Assembly: GCA_027624795.1 (NCBI GenBank)
Contig: JAQBTX010000001.1
Span: 27,170-91,169, forward strand
Reading direction: 5' to 3'
Origin: a bacterium
Lineage (GTDB): Bacteria; Patescibacteriota; Microgenomatia; UBA1406; GWC2-37-13
Length of the DNA: 64,000 bases
Position numbers and translations under genes: made by a program. The notes beneath the pieces were generated by a model. The model saw only the letters and a program-made list of their open reading frames with translations, did no database searches and was not told the DNA's origin. Below are positions 1 through 9,126 of this stretch, piece after piece. Positions within the stretch are counted from its first letter, which is position 1. The number at the start of each line of letters is the position of its first letter.

Positions 1-147
1 GATTTCAGATTTAAATTGAGGGTAAGAAGTAAGGCTTTTGACCAATGCGTCTAGACATTGTTTTGTAATGTCCGCAGTGTTAAATGAAAGGATGATAACA
101 GATAGATTTATCATAGAAAGTACCTACGAATATAGTAGCAGAAAACC

Positions 148-600
148 TTAACGCTTTGGAGACTGTTTTTTGCGTCGTGCTTTACCACCGGTTCCTACTT
201 TTCGTCGTTCTCGAACTCGTGGATCACGAGTAAGTAATCCATTTTCTTTAAGAATTGGGCGGGTTGCTTCATCTACTAAACAAAGTGCTCGAGATATACC
301 GAGCATGATTGCTTCGAGTTGACCCTTTTTACCGCCTCCTTGAACATGAATAGAAATCACAAATCGATCTGTAGATTTGTTTAATTCCAATGGCTGTAAA
401 TATTGCTTTTGTTCATGAAGCGAAGGAAAATATTCTGATGCCACTCGGTCATTTATGACTATATCTCCGTGCTTCAATACCAGATTATTAATCGTTACCC
501 GAGATGCCTTTGTTACCACTAAATACAGCCGCACTCGTGCCACCGAAGACATTCGTCGACCAACTGCTTCAAAATATTCAAGAGATTTTTTCTTAGGCAT
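148..600 (-). CDS. rpsI: 30S ribosomal protein S9 (uS9)
   Basis: 150-aa ORF with core ISIHVQGGGKKGQLEAI and basic C-terminus GGKARRKKQSPKR. Lies directly downstream of rplM. Confidence 0.95.
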   Translation of the reverse strand: MPKKKSLEYFEAVGRRMSSVARVRLYLVVTKASRVTINNLVLKHGDIVINDRVASEYFPSLHEQKQYLQPLELNKSTDRFVISIHVQGGGKKGQLEAIMLGISRALCLVDEATRPILKENGLLTRDPRVRERRKVGTGGKARRKKQSPKR

Positions 601-615
601 AAAAGATAATAATTA

Positions 616-1047
616 TTATTTCGATGTAACTTCTGTATGTGGGTGCTCTGAGCCTTCATAAATATGAAGTCGAGAAAGACGCACGTCACGTAACTTATTT
701 TTTGGCAACATTCCTGAAACTGCATATCGTATGACTTTTCGTGAATCACGAAGCAATGCTTGCCCCAATGATACAGTTCTTCTTCCCCCGGGGTATCCAG
801 AATAGGTGTCGTACTCCTTATCTGCTAATTTCTTTCCGGTAACTGACACTTTTGATGCATTTATTACTACTACATGATCTCCATTATCAATATATGGTGC
901 ATAATTACGTTTTTCTTTTCCTTGCAATAATGTAGAAACATGGGTAGTTTCTCGTCCTAATGTTTTTCCTTCCATATCTACCAAGTGCCAAGAATGACTT
1001 ACTTCTTGGGCTTTGATTGATCGTGTTGATGTGGTTGTATGTGGCAT
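616..1047 (-). CDS. rplM: 50S ribosomal protein L13 (uL13)
   Basis: SWHLVDMEGKTLGR...YDTYSGYPGG motifs. The track start (TTG 1080) and ATG 1077 overlap rplQ. ATG 1047 gives a canonical 143-aa length, but the start is ambiguous. Confidence 0.88.
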   Translation of the reverse strand: MPHTTTSTRSIKAQEVSHSWHLVDMEGKTLGRETTHVSTLLQGKEKRNYAPYIDNGDHVVVINASKVSVTGKKLADKEYDTYSGYPGGRRTVSLGQALLRDSRKVIRYAVSGMLPKNKLRDVRLSRLHIYEGSEHPHTEVTSK

Positions 1048-1063
1048 AGGTTTGTATAATAAC

Positions 1064-1546
1064 TTATTTTTTCGCATCAACTTTTTTTGTAGATTCAGCT
1101 TTCTTATTTTTAGAATCTTTTATTTTCGTATCAGATGCTTCTTTTGCTTTCACGGTCTTTTTTGGTTTCAAAGAATCCCAGTCAATTACAATAGGATGAG
1201 CCCATTCTACTCGCACCATCATAGCACCATCTCTTAATCGTCGATTCAACCGCACAATTCGTACATATCCCCCATCAATAGTCGCGATAGCTTTTCCTAC
1301 TTGATCAAAGAGCATTTCGATCGTTTTGCGATCGGGAAAATATTGCTTTAAGTATATGGTGTTTTGTTCAGAACGTGTCTTCATCTTGAATACGACATGA
1401 TCTAACCGCTGCTTCATAGCTTTGCCACGGGCAAGAGTAGTCTCTACATGTGCATGCTCTAAGAAATTAACTACCAGCTTGCGCATGATCATCCGATTAG
1501 AATCTACTCCGTTATGGAACTTAATATTTTTAATTCTATGTCTCAT
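1064..1546 (-). CDS. rplQ: 50S ribosomal protein L17 (bL17) with Lys-rich C-terminal extension
   Basis: MRHRIKNIKFHNG...HVETTLARGKA... matches the L17 N-terminus. Follows rpoA. Confidence 0.93.
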   Translation of the reverse strand: MRHRIKNIKFHNGVDSNRMIMRKLVVNFLEHAHVETTLARGKAMKQRLDHVVFKMKTRSEQNTIYLKQYFPDRKTIEMLFDQVGKAIATIDGGYVRIVRLNRRLRDGAMMVRVEWAHPIVIDWDSLKPKKTVKAKEASDTKIKDSKNKKAESTKKVDAKK

Positions 1547-1549
1547 GGG

Positions 1550-2467
1550 TTATAAAATTTCTACATCCATCTTCCTTAGCTCCTCTACAACAAGATCTAT
1601 GGATTTTTTCCCAACACCTTTAAGATTGGTTAATTCATCTCTTCCCCGCTCTACCAAGTCTGCTACTGTTTCGATGTTTTCTCGAAGCAATGCATTAATT
1701 ACTCGAGAAGGAAGGTTTAATTCGTCAATAATAGTTTCGTATGCTTTTGGATTTGCATTATCTGCTGATGCACCTGCTTCACTATTGGTGACTGCTGTTC
1801 TATCGCCACCTTCTACGATAGAAGTATAATGCTTTGAAAGTATTGATGACGATTGTTTGATCGATTCTTCTGGATCAATTGTTCCATCAGTCCATACTTC
1901 CATAATAAGTCTCTCAAAATCACTCTTACGCCCCACACGAGCTTGTTCTACTTTAAAATTTACACGCTCAATTGGAGAGTAAGAAGAATCAATTGCAATA
2001 TATCCAGTTTCTTTTACTTTATCTTCAGATGCTTGGAATCCGTAACCCACATCTACAATTGCATCGATGATGAGCTCTGCTTTTTTATCAGTTGTTTCTG
2101 TTATATAAAGATCGCCATTTACTATTTCAATATCACCTTCAAAATCTTTTGCATGCACTTTCTGAGCACCTTTTATAGAAAGTTTTATATGAAATGGCCC
2201 TGTTCCATTCGTTTTAAATCGAATTTGCTTTAAATTAAGGGTAATATCAAGAACAGATTCTTTTACCCCATCAATGGTGGTAAATAAATGTGAGGCTTGT
2301 TCAAATTTTACCTGTCCAATGGCAGCTCCAGGAAGTGAAGAAAGTAATGTTCGTCTCAGAGCATTACCCATACTATTTCCAAAACTGGTATTTAATGGTT
2401 CATATATAAATCTACCGAATGAATTATTTTTTTCATCAACGGTTACAGTAAACATAGGTGCTATCAT
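1550..2467 (-). CDS. rpoA: DNA-directed RNA polymerase alpha subunit
   Basis: 305 aa with FGRFIYEPLNTSFGNSMGNALRRTLLSSLPGAA at the N-terminus and an alpha-CTD (LNLPSRVINALL...TVADL). Canonical S4-rpoA-L17 position. Confidence 0.95.
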   Translation of the reverse strand: MIAPMFTVTVDEKNNSFGRFIYEPLNTSFGNSMGNALRRTLLSSLPGAAIGQVKFEQASHLFTTIDGVKESVLDITLNLKQIRFKTNGTGPFHIKLSIKGAQKVHAKDFEGDIEIVNGDLYITETTDKKAELIIDAIVDVGYGFQASEDKVKETGYIAIDSSYSPIERVNFKVEQARVGRKSDFERLIMEVWTDGTIDPEESIKQSSSILSKHYTSIVEGGDRTAVTNSEAGASADNANPKAYETIIDELNLPSRVINALLRENIETVADLVERGRDELTNLKGVGKKSIDLVVEELRKMDVEIL

Positions 2468-2491
2468 AAAATATAATAAATTAGTAAATAA

Positions 2492-3112
2492 TTAACGTGA
2501 ATAATATTCAATAACAAGGCGCAAATTTACTTGCTGCCCAATAAGTGAGTTGTCGGGTATTCCTGTCAGGGTTCCTGTCTCTTTTTTGAGGGTAAGCCAT
2601 TCGGGAATAACAACCTCATTATTTTCTCTAAATTCCTGAATATAGGGAATTTCTTTTGCTGCTTTAGAACCATAGGTCACTTCAGAACCAGTTTTAACTT
2701 GATACGATGGTGAGCTTAACTTTTTACCATCGACATGCACATTCCCATGATTGACTAATTGACGTGCAGCGGCTCGCGTAGGAGTTAATCCAAGACGATA
2801 CACTATATTATCAAGTCTTCGTTCAAGAAGTTCACATAAATACACTCCGGTGTTTCCTTTTTTGCGAGATGCTACATCAAAATATTTCTTTAGTTGCTTT
2901 TCACTGGTGCCAAAAAGGTATTGAATTTTCTGTTTTTCACGTAGCTGTCTTGAATGTTCTGACTCTTTTCTACGACGCTTTGCACCATGCTGTCCTGGCG
3001 GTATATTAAGCCTTCTAAGAAGTGTAGCATGAGCTTTAGTTCCTGGTGTTTTTAATCCAAGATCAACTTGCTCTCTGCGTGATATTCTATTTTTTGGTCC
3101 AGTGTATCTCAT
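2492..3112 (-). CDS. rpsD: 30S ribosomal protein S4 (uS4)
   Basis: MRYTGPKNRISRREQVDLGLK...; S4 domain RLDNIVYRLGLTPTRAAARQLVNHGNVHVDGKK. Confidence 0.95.
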   Translation of the reverse strand: MRYTGPKNRISRREQVDLGLKTPGTKAHATLLRRLNIPPGQHGAKRRRKESEHSRQLREKQKIQYLFGTSEKQLKKYFDVASRKKGNTGVYLCELLERRLDNIVYRLGLTPTRAAARQLVNHGNVHVDGKKLSSPSYQVKTGSEVTYGSKAAKEIPYIQEFRENNEVVIPEWLTLKKETGTLTGIPDNSLIGQQVNLRLVIEYYSR

Positions 3113-3130
3113 GTATTATTATAATTTCAA

Positions 3131-3529
3131 TTAAACTCTGCGTAATTTGGGCGGACGAACACCATTATGTGGAATAGGGGTGACATCAACAATCTTCCCA
3201 ATTTCTAAATTGGATCCTCGTATTGCTCGAAGTGACGCTTCTCTTCCTGGTCCAATGCCTTTTACATATATATCAAGCTTTCTCAGATTATGTACTTCTT
3301 TAGCCTTATCAAGTGCCGCTTCTGTAGTAACCGTTCCTGCATAAGGAGTGGATTTTCGTGTCCCCGTAAAACCGTGCATTCCACAAGAGCTTACCACTAA
3401 TGTTGCACCTGCTTCATCGGTTATGGTAACCAAGGTATTGTTGAATGTAGCAGATATATATATTCGCCCTGATTCAACGACTCTTTTTTGTTTTGCTCGC
3501 TTTATTGTTTTATTGGGTTGATTAGCCAT
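3131..3529 (-). CDS. rpsK: 30S ribosomal protein S11 (uS11)
   Basis: GRIYISATFNNTLVTITDEAG...KGIGPGREASLRAI...DVTPIPHNGVRPPKLRRV. Confidence 0.95.
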   Translation of the reverse strand: MANQPNKTIKRAKQKRVVESGRIYISATFNNTLVTITDEAGATLVVSSCGMHGFTGTRKSTPYAGTVTTEAALDKAKEVHNLRKLDIYVKGIGPGREASLRAIRGSNLEIGKIVDVTPIPHNGVRPPKLRRV

Positions 3530-3549
3530 AGTCTATAAATTCAATACAA

Positions 3550-3948
3550 TTATTTTTTTTCTTCTAACTTTGCCCATGCTTCTTTAGAAAGGGCACCTAC
3601 TGTTCTCCGTTTACCTCGTTTGGTACGAGCGTTAGATCTTGTTCGTTGACCGCGTGTTGGAAGCCCCATACTATGTCTTATTCCACGATAAGAACCAATT
3701 TCTCGTAATCGTTTGATATTTTCATTTCGTTCTTCTCTCAATCTTCCTTCTACCAGATTACCTTTTTCAATAGCACCTATTAATAGCTTAAGTTGATCTT
3801 CTGTAATATCTTTAACTCGCGTACTCTCATCGATTTTTGTTTTTTCTAAGATCTGCTTTGAGCTTGTCCAACCAATACCAAATATAAGCGTAAGTGCGTA
3901 ATCAATCCTCTTATTTTCTGGTAGGATTATTCCCATGAGTCGCTGCAT
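3550..3948 (-). CDS. rpsM: 30S ribosomal protein S13 (uS13)
   Basis: GIILPENKRIDYALTLIFGIGWTSSKQIL...GSYRGIRHSMGLPTRGQRTRSNARTKRG. Confidence 0.95.
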   Translation of the reverse strand: MQRLMGIILPENKRIDYALTLIFGIGWTSSKQILEKTKIDESTRVKDITEDQLKLLIGAIEKGNLVEGRLREERNENIKRLREIGSYRGIRHSMGLPTRGQRTRSNARTKRGKRRTVGALSKEAWAKLEEKK

Positions 3949-4010
3949 ATAGTGTTATAAATCTAAAATAATTATTTATATTGATAAATTGTCATTCATA
4001 ATTTAGGGTA

Positions 4011-4127
4011 TTACCCTTGACGCTGTTTATGCTTAGGGTTTCTTTTGCAAATCACATACATTGCGCCTTTGCGCACTACTATACTGCATCCTTCACATAA
4101 TTTTGTTACTCCTGATCGTACATTCAT
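4011..4127 (-). CDS. rpmJ: 50S ribosomal protein L36 (bL36), Zn-binding form; not in the supplied ORF track
   Basis: Hand translation of the reverse strand gives [38 protein letters not shown] (38 aa, stop TAA at 4011-4013). Canonical infA-rpmJ-rpsM position. Confidence 0.9.
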   Translation of the reverse strand: MNVRSGVTKLCEGCSIVVRKGAMYVICKRNPKHKQRQG

Positions 4128-4146
4128 ATTTTGTATGGCAATTGTA

Positions 4147-4368
4147 TCATGATGACTTACGATATACTATACGACCACGGTCCAAGTCGTATTGCGTAAG
4201 TTCGACTTTTACTTTGTCTCCGGGCAATATCTTAATATAATGTTTCCTCATCTTTCCAGATAAGTAGCACAAAAGTACTTTATCACCTTCATTGAGTTGT
4301 ACCTTAAATAAGGTGTTAGGGAGGTTTTCAATTACCTCGCCTTCAACTACTAGAACATCGTTCTTCAT
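4147..4368 (-). CDS. infA: Translation initiation factor IF-1
   Basis: 73 aa with an S1-like fold signature: [21 protein letters not shown]...[33 protein letters not shown]. Confidence 0.95.
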   Translation of the reverse strand: MKNDVLVVEGEVIENLPNTLFKVQLNEGDKVLLCYLSGKMRKHYIKILPGDKVKVELTQYDLDRGRIVYRKSS

Positions 4369-4392
4369 AGAAAGGTATATTCTAACACAAAC

Positions 4393-5142
4393 TCACGTTA
4401 AAATATAGGGTTTTTCACCATCTATGGCTATAGACTTCTCAAAACATGCTGACAAGCTCCGATCGGCAGAAATTATCGACCACTCAAGCTCTCGTTCATA
4501 TGCTATATGCTCGGTGCTTTGTGCATATATAATTTCTACTGCTAAAGTCATTCCGGACTGTAGCAACAGTGTTTTTTCTATTGGCCTCTCAAGATAATTT
4601 AAAATATATGGTTTCTCATGGAGCGCTTTTCCTATTCCATGACCGGTTAGTTCTTTTAATATACAATATCCACCACCGGTAATTTGTGTTTCAATAAATT
4701 GAGAAATCGTACCTACTCGCTCTCCACTCTTAAACATTTTCAGAGCTTTTTCAAGTGTTTGTTCTCCTTTTTGCAAAAAATCCTTTGTCGATTGTGGTAC
4801 CGTTCCCAACGCTATGGTTGTCGCATAATCAGTGTGATACCCTTGGTAAACAACTCCAATATCTACCGTTAGAATGTCTCCGTCTTTAAGTATCCTATCA
4901 GTTGGTGGGGTATGTACTGCTTGTTCATTGATTGGTAAACAAGTGGTCCATAAATACCCAGAAACTGTTTTGAATGATGCGCTACCTCCTCGTTTAAGTA
5001 TGAGAGCTTCTGCTTTTGCATCTATTTCATTCGTTGTCATGCCAACTGCTATAGTGGGAATAAGAATCTCTATTACTTCTCGTAATATTTCACCACTCTT
5101 CTTCATTTTTTGCAACTCCTGCTTAGTTTTGATGTATTGCAT
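4393..5142 (-). CDS. map: Type I methionine aminopeptidase
   Basis: 249 aa. Metal-ligand context DGDILTVDIGVVYQGYHTDYATT, GHGIGKALHE, TLAVEI. Canonical adk-map-infA order. Confidence 0.92.
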   Translation of the reverse strand: MQYIKTKQELQKMKKSGEILREVIEILIPTIAVGMTTNEIDAKAEALILKRGGSASFKTVSGYLWTTCLPINEQAVHTPPTDRILKDGDILTVDIGVVYQGYHTDYATTIALGTVPQSTKDFLQKGEQTLEKALKMFKSGERVGTISQFIETQITGGGYCILKELTGHGIGKALHEKPYILNYLERPIEKTLLLQSGMTLAVEIIYAQSTEHIAYERELEWSIISADRSLSACFEKSIAIDGEKPYILT

Positions 5143-5151
5143 ATCGATTTA

Positions 5152-6276
5152 CTAAGAGAAGTAAACTTCACGATACACTTCTTCAAGCTTATGCTGCAGA
5201 TCGTCACGAGAATAATTATTTTTGACCACAAAATCTGCATAGGCAATAGTTGGACCCATATGGGTGTTAATAAGCTCATCAAGATCTCGCTCTGGACCGG
5301 AAAGTGATGAACGCTCTCCTCTTTTTTTAATCCGCTTATACCGTTTTGCTTTATCGGCATACAAACAGAGTATAAATACTCGAGTTTTGGGAAATTCCTT
5401 CATGATATACTCATACTCTTCCCATGACCTCATTCCTTGAATGACAATAAGTGATTTTGTTTCAAGTGCTTTTTCTATTTTGACTTTACTTAACTTTGCC
5501 ATCGCTTCAAATCCATGCTTACTGCGAAGACCCTGGCGAACTTCATGATGGTTTTTAAGCGTATGGGGTTTGCCACTTTTTTCTATGGTGGAATTTACGA
5601 TATCAGAAAACGATACAGCGGGAATTCCCTTTTTGCGAAAATAATCTGCCGCTTCAGACTTGCCAGATCCTGGCATACCTACAATACACAGAATAATGGG
5701 ACTTTTCTGCTTCCATACATGAATACGGTTTTTCACCAATTGCTTGCCGAGGGATTTAAGGATGGCTTGATTTACTTCTTTAATATCTAAAGTGCCATCG
5801 ATAGTAGAAAGTCGATCTTGTTTTTCGTAATAATTAAGTACAGGAATAGTATGTATCTTAAACATTTCGATACGTTTTTTTATAGCAATAATCGTATCGT
5901 CATCACGCTTTTCATTCCGATACGCGAGTCGCCACAATGCTTCTTTATCGGGTATCTCTATATGAATTACCTGGTCGACATTATTAATAAACTCTTTTGC
6001 TTGAGCTATGGTTCGAGGAAAGCCGTCCAATATATAGCCCTTTTTATATCCAGGTTTAGAAAGGTAAGAATTTACTATTTCAATTACTTTCCCATCGGGT
6101 ATGAGGGCACCAGAACTCATAAGTTCTTTTACGTAGCGACCCAAACTGGTTTTTTCTTTTGCTATATCTCTGAATATATGCCCCGTGGAAAGATACGGTA
6201 TGTTGAGTTGGCGTGATAACAAATTACCTTGTGTTGACTTACCAGCTCCTTGTATTCCTATGAGTACCAGCTTCAT
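5152..6276 (-). CDS. adk: Adenylate kinase (short-LID type) fused to a second P-loop nucleotide-kinase-like domain (UPF0200 / dephospho-CoA-kinase-like)
   Basis: N-terminal half: IGIQGAGKSTQG...YILDGFPRT (Adk). From about residue 195 there is a second Walker A (IVGMPGSGKSEAADYF) with a complete kinase-sized domain. One uninterrupted 374-aa ORF. Confidence 0.85.
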   Translation of the reverse strand: MKLVLIGIQGAGKSTQGNLLSRQLNIPYLSTGHIFRDIAKEKTSLGRYVKELMSSGALIPDGKVIEIVNSYLSKPGYKKGYILDGFPRTIAQAKEFINNVDQVIHIEIPDKEALWRLAYRNEKRDDDTIIAIKKRIEMFKIHTIPVLNYYEKQDRLSTIDGTLDIKEVNQAILKSLGKQLVKNRIHVWKQKSPIILCIVGMPGSGKSEAADYFRKKGIPAVSFSDIVNSTIEKSGKPHTLKNHHEVRQGLRSKHGFEAMAKLSKVKIEKALETKSLIVIQGMRSWEEYEYIMKEFPKTRVFILCLYADKAKRYKRIKKRGERSSLSGPERDLDELINTHMGPTIAYADFVVKNNYSRDDLQHKLEEVYREVYFS

Positions 6277-6300
6277 TGGGTTTTCAGAATATGAAATGTA

Positions 6301-6474
6301 TTAATCGAGCTTCTTCTTTTCCTTATGATCTGTTGCCTTATTACACATCTTGCAGTATTTTTTCAATGCAAGTGGTTCAACAGTATTCACTTTGTTCTTT
6401 TCGGTAACATAATTCATAGATGAACAAGTTTTACAAACCAATCCGATTATTATGCGTGATCCTTTTTTTGCCAT
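6301..6474 (-). CDS. rpmG: 50S ribosomal protein L33 (bL33), Zn-ribbon form; not in the supplied ORF track
   Basis: Hand translation gives MAKKGSRIIIGLVCKTCSSMNYVTEKNKVNTVEPLALKKYCKMCNKATDHKEKKKLD (57 aa), with the L33 pattern CxxC...NY.T.KNK...KKYC..C.K.T.HKE. Confidence 0.88.
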   Translation of the reverse strand: MAKKGSRIIIGLVCKTCSSMNYVTEKNKVNTVEPLALKKYCKMCNKATDHKEKKKLD

Positions 6475-6519
6475 AGTGTTTAAACTAATAGATAATTATT
6501 ATACATCAATTATGTGTAA

Positions 6520-7806
6520 TTACATGGTAAACCGGTCATAGTTTTTCATGACCAGTTGTGAATCAATTTGTTTGAATGTCTCCAAAACAACTGACACTAC
6601 AATGAGTATACCCGTTCCTCCAATAACAAGATTATTTAAGTCGGTAATGAGCGAGACGAGTGCTGGTAGCACTGCAATGAGTCCCAAAAAGACTGCTCCA
6701 AAGGTAGTGATTCGATACACCACGCTTTGCAAATACGCCTTTGTTGCAGAGCCAGGACGAATTCCTGGTATAAATCCTCCATGCTTTTGTATTTCATCAG
6801 ATATTTTTTGAGGGTTAAATACCACAATGGTATAAAAGAAGGTAAATGCTACTACAAGAACAAAGTACGTAGCGTTGTATACAAATCCTGACGGATCGAA
6901 AGAAGTCGCCAGAAATGTCCCGATTCCCGCAAGTGTGGGATTAGGTAAATATCGAGTAAAGTTTCCGATGATTTGCGGAAAAAGCACAAAGGACACAGCA
7001 AAAATGATAGGTATAACTCCGGCTTGATTCAGCTTAAGAGGAAGGTAATTGTTTGCGGCCTGATACATACGATTTCCTTTTATCCGCCGTGCATAATATA
7101 CGGGAATCCTTCGTACTGCCTCGTTTATAAATACAACTGACGCTATAACAAAGATTGCTATAACAATAAAAACCACCATACTTATGGCGACTGTCGAATC
7201 AAATGTACTTATAGTTCTACCGAGTATTACCGGGATGCGCCCTACAATTCCCGCAAATATAATAACAGATATGCCATTTCCCAAACCATTTTCTGTAATA
7301 AGCTCACCTAGCCACATAATGATAAAGGTTCCTGCAAGAAGGGTAAGTACAAAAGAGAAGAACTCAATGGGGCTCAATATATCGATGATTCCTTGATTAC
7401 GAAGTAACATATAGATCCCCACCGCTTGAATAAGCGTAAGTGGTATTGTTAATAATCTGGTGTATTGATTAATTTTTGCTCTGCCTGCTTCACCTTCTTT
7501 AGTTAGTATCTCAAGTTGTGGAATAACCATGGTAATCAACTGTATTATGATTGAGGCATTAATATACGGTGTCAAACCCAAGGCCATAACAGAGAAATTA
7601 ACCAGAGTTCCCCCTGAAAATATATCAAGAAGTGATAAGAATTGACTTGAAGCAAAAAGTGCCTTTAACTGAGCAAGATCAATTGCAGGGACGGGTAAAA
7701 ATGCGAAAATGCGAAACACGAGAATAATTCCAAACGTTACCGCTGTCTTTCTGCGTAAGTTAGGATCTTTGAGGAGTAAGGAAAATTTTTGTAATATATG
7801 GTTCAT
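6520..7806 (-). CDS. secY: Preprotein translocase subunit SecY
   Basis: 428 aa, about 10 TM segments. Motifs GIMPYI-like (LTPYINASIIIQL) and GGFIPGIRPG. Follows rplO. Confidence 0.95.
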   Translation of the reverse strand: MNHILQKFSLLLKDPNLRRKTAVTFGIILVFRIFAFLPVPAIDLAQLKALFASSQFLSLLDIFSGGTLVNFSVMALGLTPYINASIIIQLITMVIPQLEILTKEGEAGRAKINQYTRLLTIPLTLIQAVGIYMLLRNQGIIDILSPIEFFSFVLTLLAGTFIIMWLGELITENGLGNGISVIIFAGIVGRIPVILGRTISTFDSTVAISMVVFIVIAIFVIASVVFINEAVRRIPVYYARRIKGNRMYQAANNYLPLKLNQAGVIPIIFAVSFVLFPQIIGNFTRYLPNPTLAGIGTFLATSFDPSGFVYNATYFVLVVAFTFFYTIVVFNPQKISDEIQKHGGFIPGIRPGSATKAYLQSVVYRITTFGAVFLGLIAVLPALVSLITDLNNLVIGGTGILIVVSVVLETFKQIDSQLVMKNYDRFTM

Positions 7807-8243
7807 TCTACCTTCCCGCCGGCTTTTTCTATAGCTTCTTTAGCCGATTTAGTAACTGGTAATCGTACAGTGAGCACAATATCTATTGTACCCCCTCCGA
7901 CTACTTTTATGTTACGGTTTTTATCATCTGAAGAAATGATCCCTTCAGAAAGAAGTGTCTCCTGAGATACTTCTGTTCCTGTTTTAAGTTTGCTTAGCTG
8001 TTCAATGGTCACTACGAGCGATTTTGGATTTACCACTTTATTTCTTCCTTTTCCACGAAGCAACGGAAAGCGTTTTGTAAATCGATTCTGACCACCTTCA
8101 AAATGAAGAGGAATATCAGTTCGTGCTGTTTGATGTCGTGTGGTTCCTCGACCAGATTTATTCCCCGCTCCAGATCCAGTTCCACGACCTAAGCGCTTTT
8201 TAGATAAGGCTACAATTGCTGGTAGTGATGATAATATATTCAT
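7803..8243 (-). CDS. rplO: 50S ribosomal protein L15 (uL15)
   Basis: KKRLGRGTGSGAGNKSGRGTTRHQTAR... The first ATG is at 8243; the track start at 8252 is TTG. Confidence 0.9.
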   Translation of the reverse strand: MNILSSLPAIVALSKKRLGRGTGSGAGNKSGRGTTRHQTARTDIPLHFEGGQNRFTKRFPLLRGKGRNKVVNPKSLVVTIEQLSKLKTGTEVSQETLLSEGIISSDDKNRNIKVVGGGTIDIVLTVRLPVTKSAKEAIEKAGGKVE

Positions 8244-8256
8244 ATGAGTCAAGTAA

Positions 8257-8748
8257 TTAAACCGATTTAACCGATTTAGTTGATTTTTTAATGCGCTCCT
8301 TCATCTGCTTTAATGCTTCAATTACCGCGTATGCATTGGTTATTTGATTTCGGGAACCCATGATCTTTCCTGATGCATTACTTACCCCCGCGATGTCAAG
8401 AATAACACGTACTACTCCTCCAACTTTGAGACCCGTTCCAGGAGGTGCCGGCTTTAAAAGAACTCGTGCTGATTTAAATTTCACGGTTATCTCATGAGGA
8501 AGTGATTCGTTAAAAATGGGAACCGTCACCATAGCACGTCGTGCATGAGATATTCCTTTATTGATAGCCTGAGGAACTTCTCTGCCCCGTCCAAGACCAA
8601 TACCAACTTTTCCCTTTCCATCTCCCACTGCAACGAGTGAAGAAAACGTAACGCTATTTCCTCCCGTTGTCTTTTTAGATACTCGGCGTATATGGAGTAC
8701 TCGTTCATCAATTCCATCTGTACTTTCTTTTTTTCTTCGCATTGTCAT
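8257..8748 (-). CDS. rpsE: 30S ribosomal protein S5 (uS5)
   Basis: RVLHIRRVSKKTTGGNSVTFSSLVAVGDGKGKVGIGLGRGREVPQAINKG... Confidence 0.95.
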   Translation of the reverse strand: MTMRRKKESTDGIDERVLHIRRVSKKTTGGNSVTFSSLVAVGDGKGKVGIGLGRGREVPQAINKGISHARRAMVTVPIFNESLPHEITVKFKSARVLLKPAPPGTGLKVGGVVRVILDIAGVSNASGKIMGSRNQITNAYAVIEALKQMKERIKKSTKSVKSV

Positions 8749-8756
8749 GTATAAAA

Positions 8757-9119
8757 TTAAACTGTTATTCCTCCCGCGCGAATCCCTTCTGCAAGAGCTT
8801 TAACGCGACCTTTGTAAAGGTATGAACCTCTATCAAAAATGGCTATTGTAACCTTCTGTATTGTGAGTTTCTCAGCTAAGGATTTTCCAACCAATGCGGC
8901 AACCTCTGACTTAGTAGTTTTTGACTCTTTGAGGGTTCTACTATCTGCACTTACTAATGTTTTTGCAGCGTCATCATCTATGGCCTGCGCATATATATAT
9001 TTATTAGATCGATATACACTTACTCGAGGGCGCTCTGCTGTGCCATGCATATTTGAACTTACTCGTTTTTTTCTTCGTGCTCTTTGAGCTAATAGTTTAT
9101 TTTTCATAGTATTAAGCAT
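8757..9119 (-). CDS. rplR: 50S ribosomal protein L18 (uL18)
   Basis: RPRVSVYRSNKYIYAQAIDD...IFDRGSYLYKGRVKALAEGIRAGG. Confidence 0.93.
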   Translation of the reverse strand: MLNTMKNKLLAQRARRKKRVSSNMHGTAERPRVSVYRSNKYIYAQAIDDDAAKTLVSADSRTLKESKTTKSEVAALVGKSLAEKLTIQKVTIAIFDRGSYLYKGRVKALAEGIRAGGITV

Positions 9120-9126
9120 TAATTAA

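Noticed and set aside
1-147. Window start upstream of the rpsI stop, as possible coding or RNA.
   Set aside because: No ORF of meaningful length, no recognisable motif and no structure. This is probably the 3' flank of rpsI plus the truncated neighbour.
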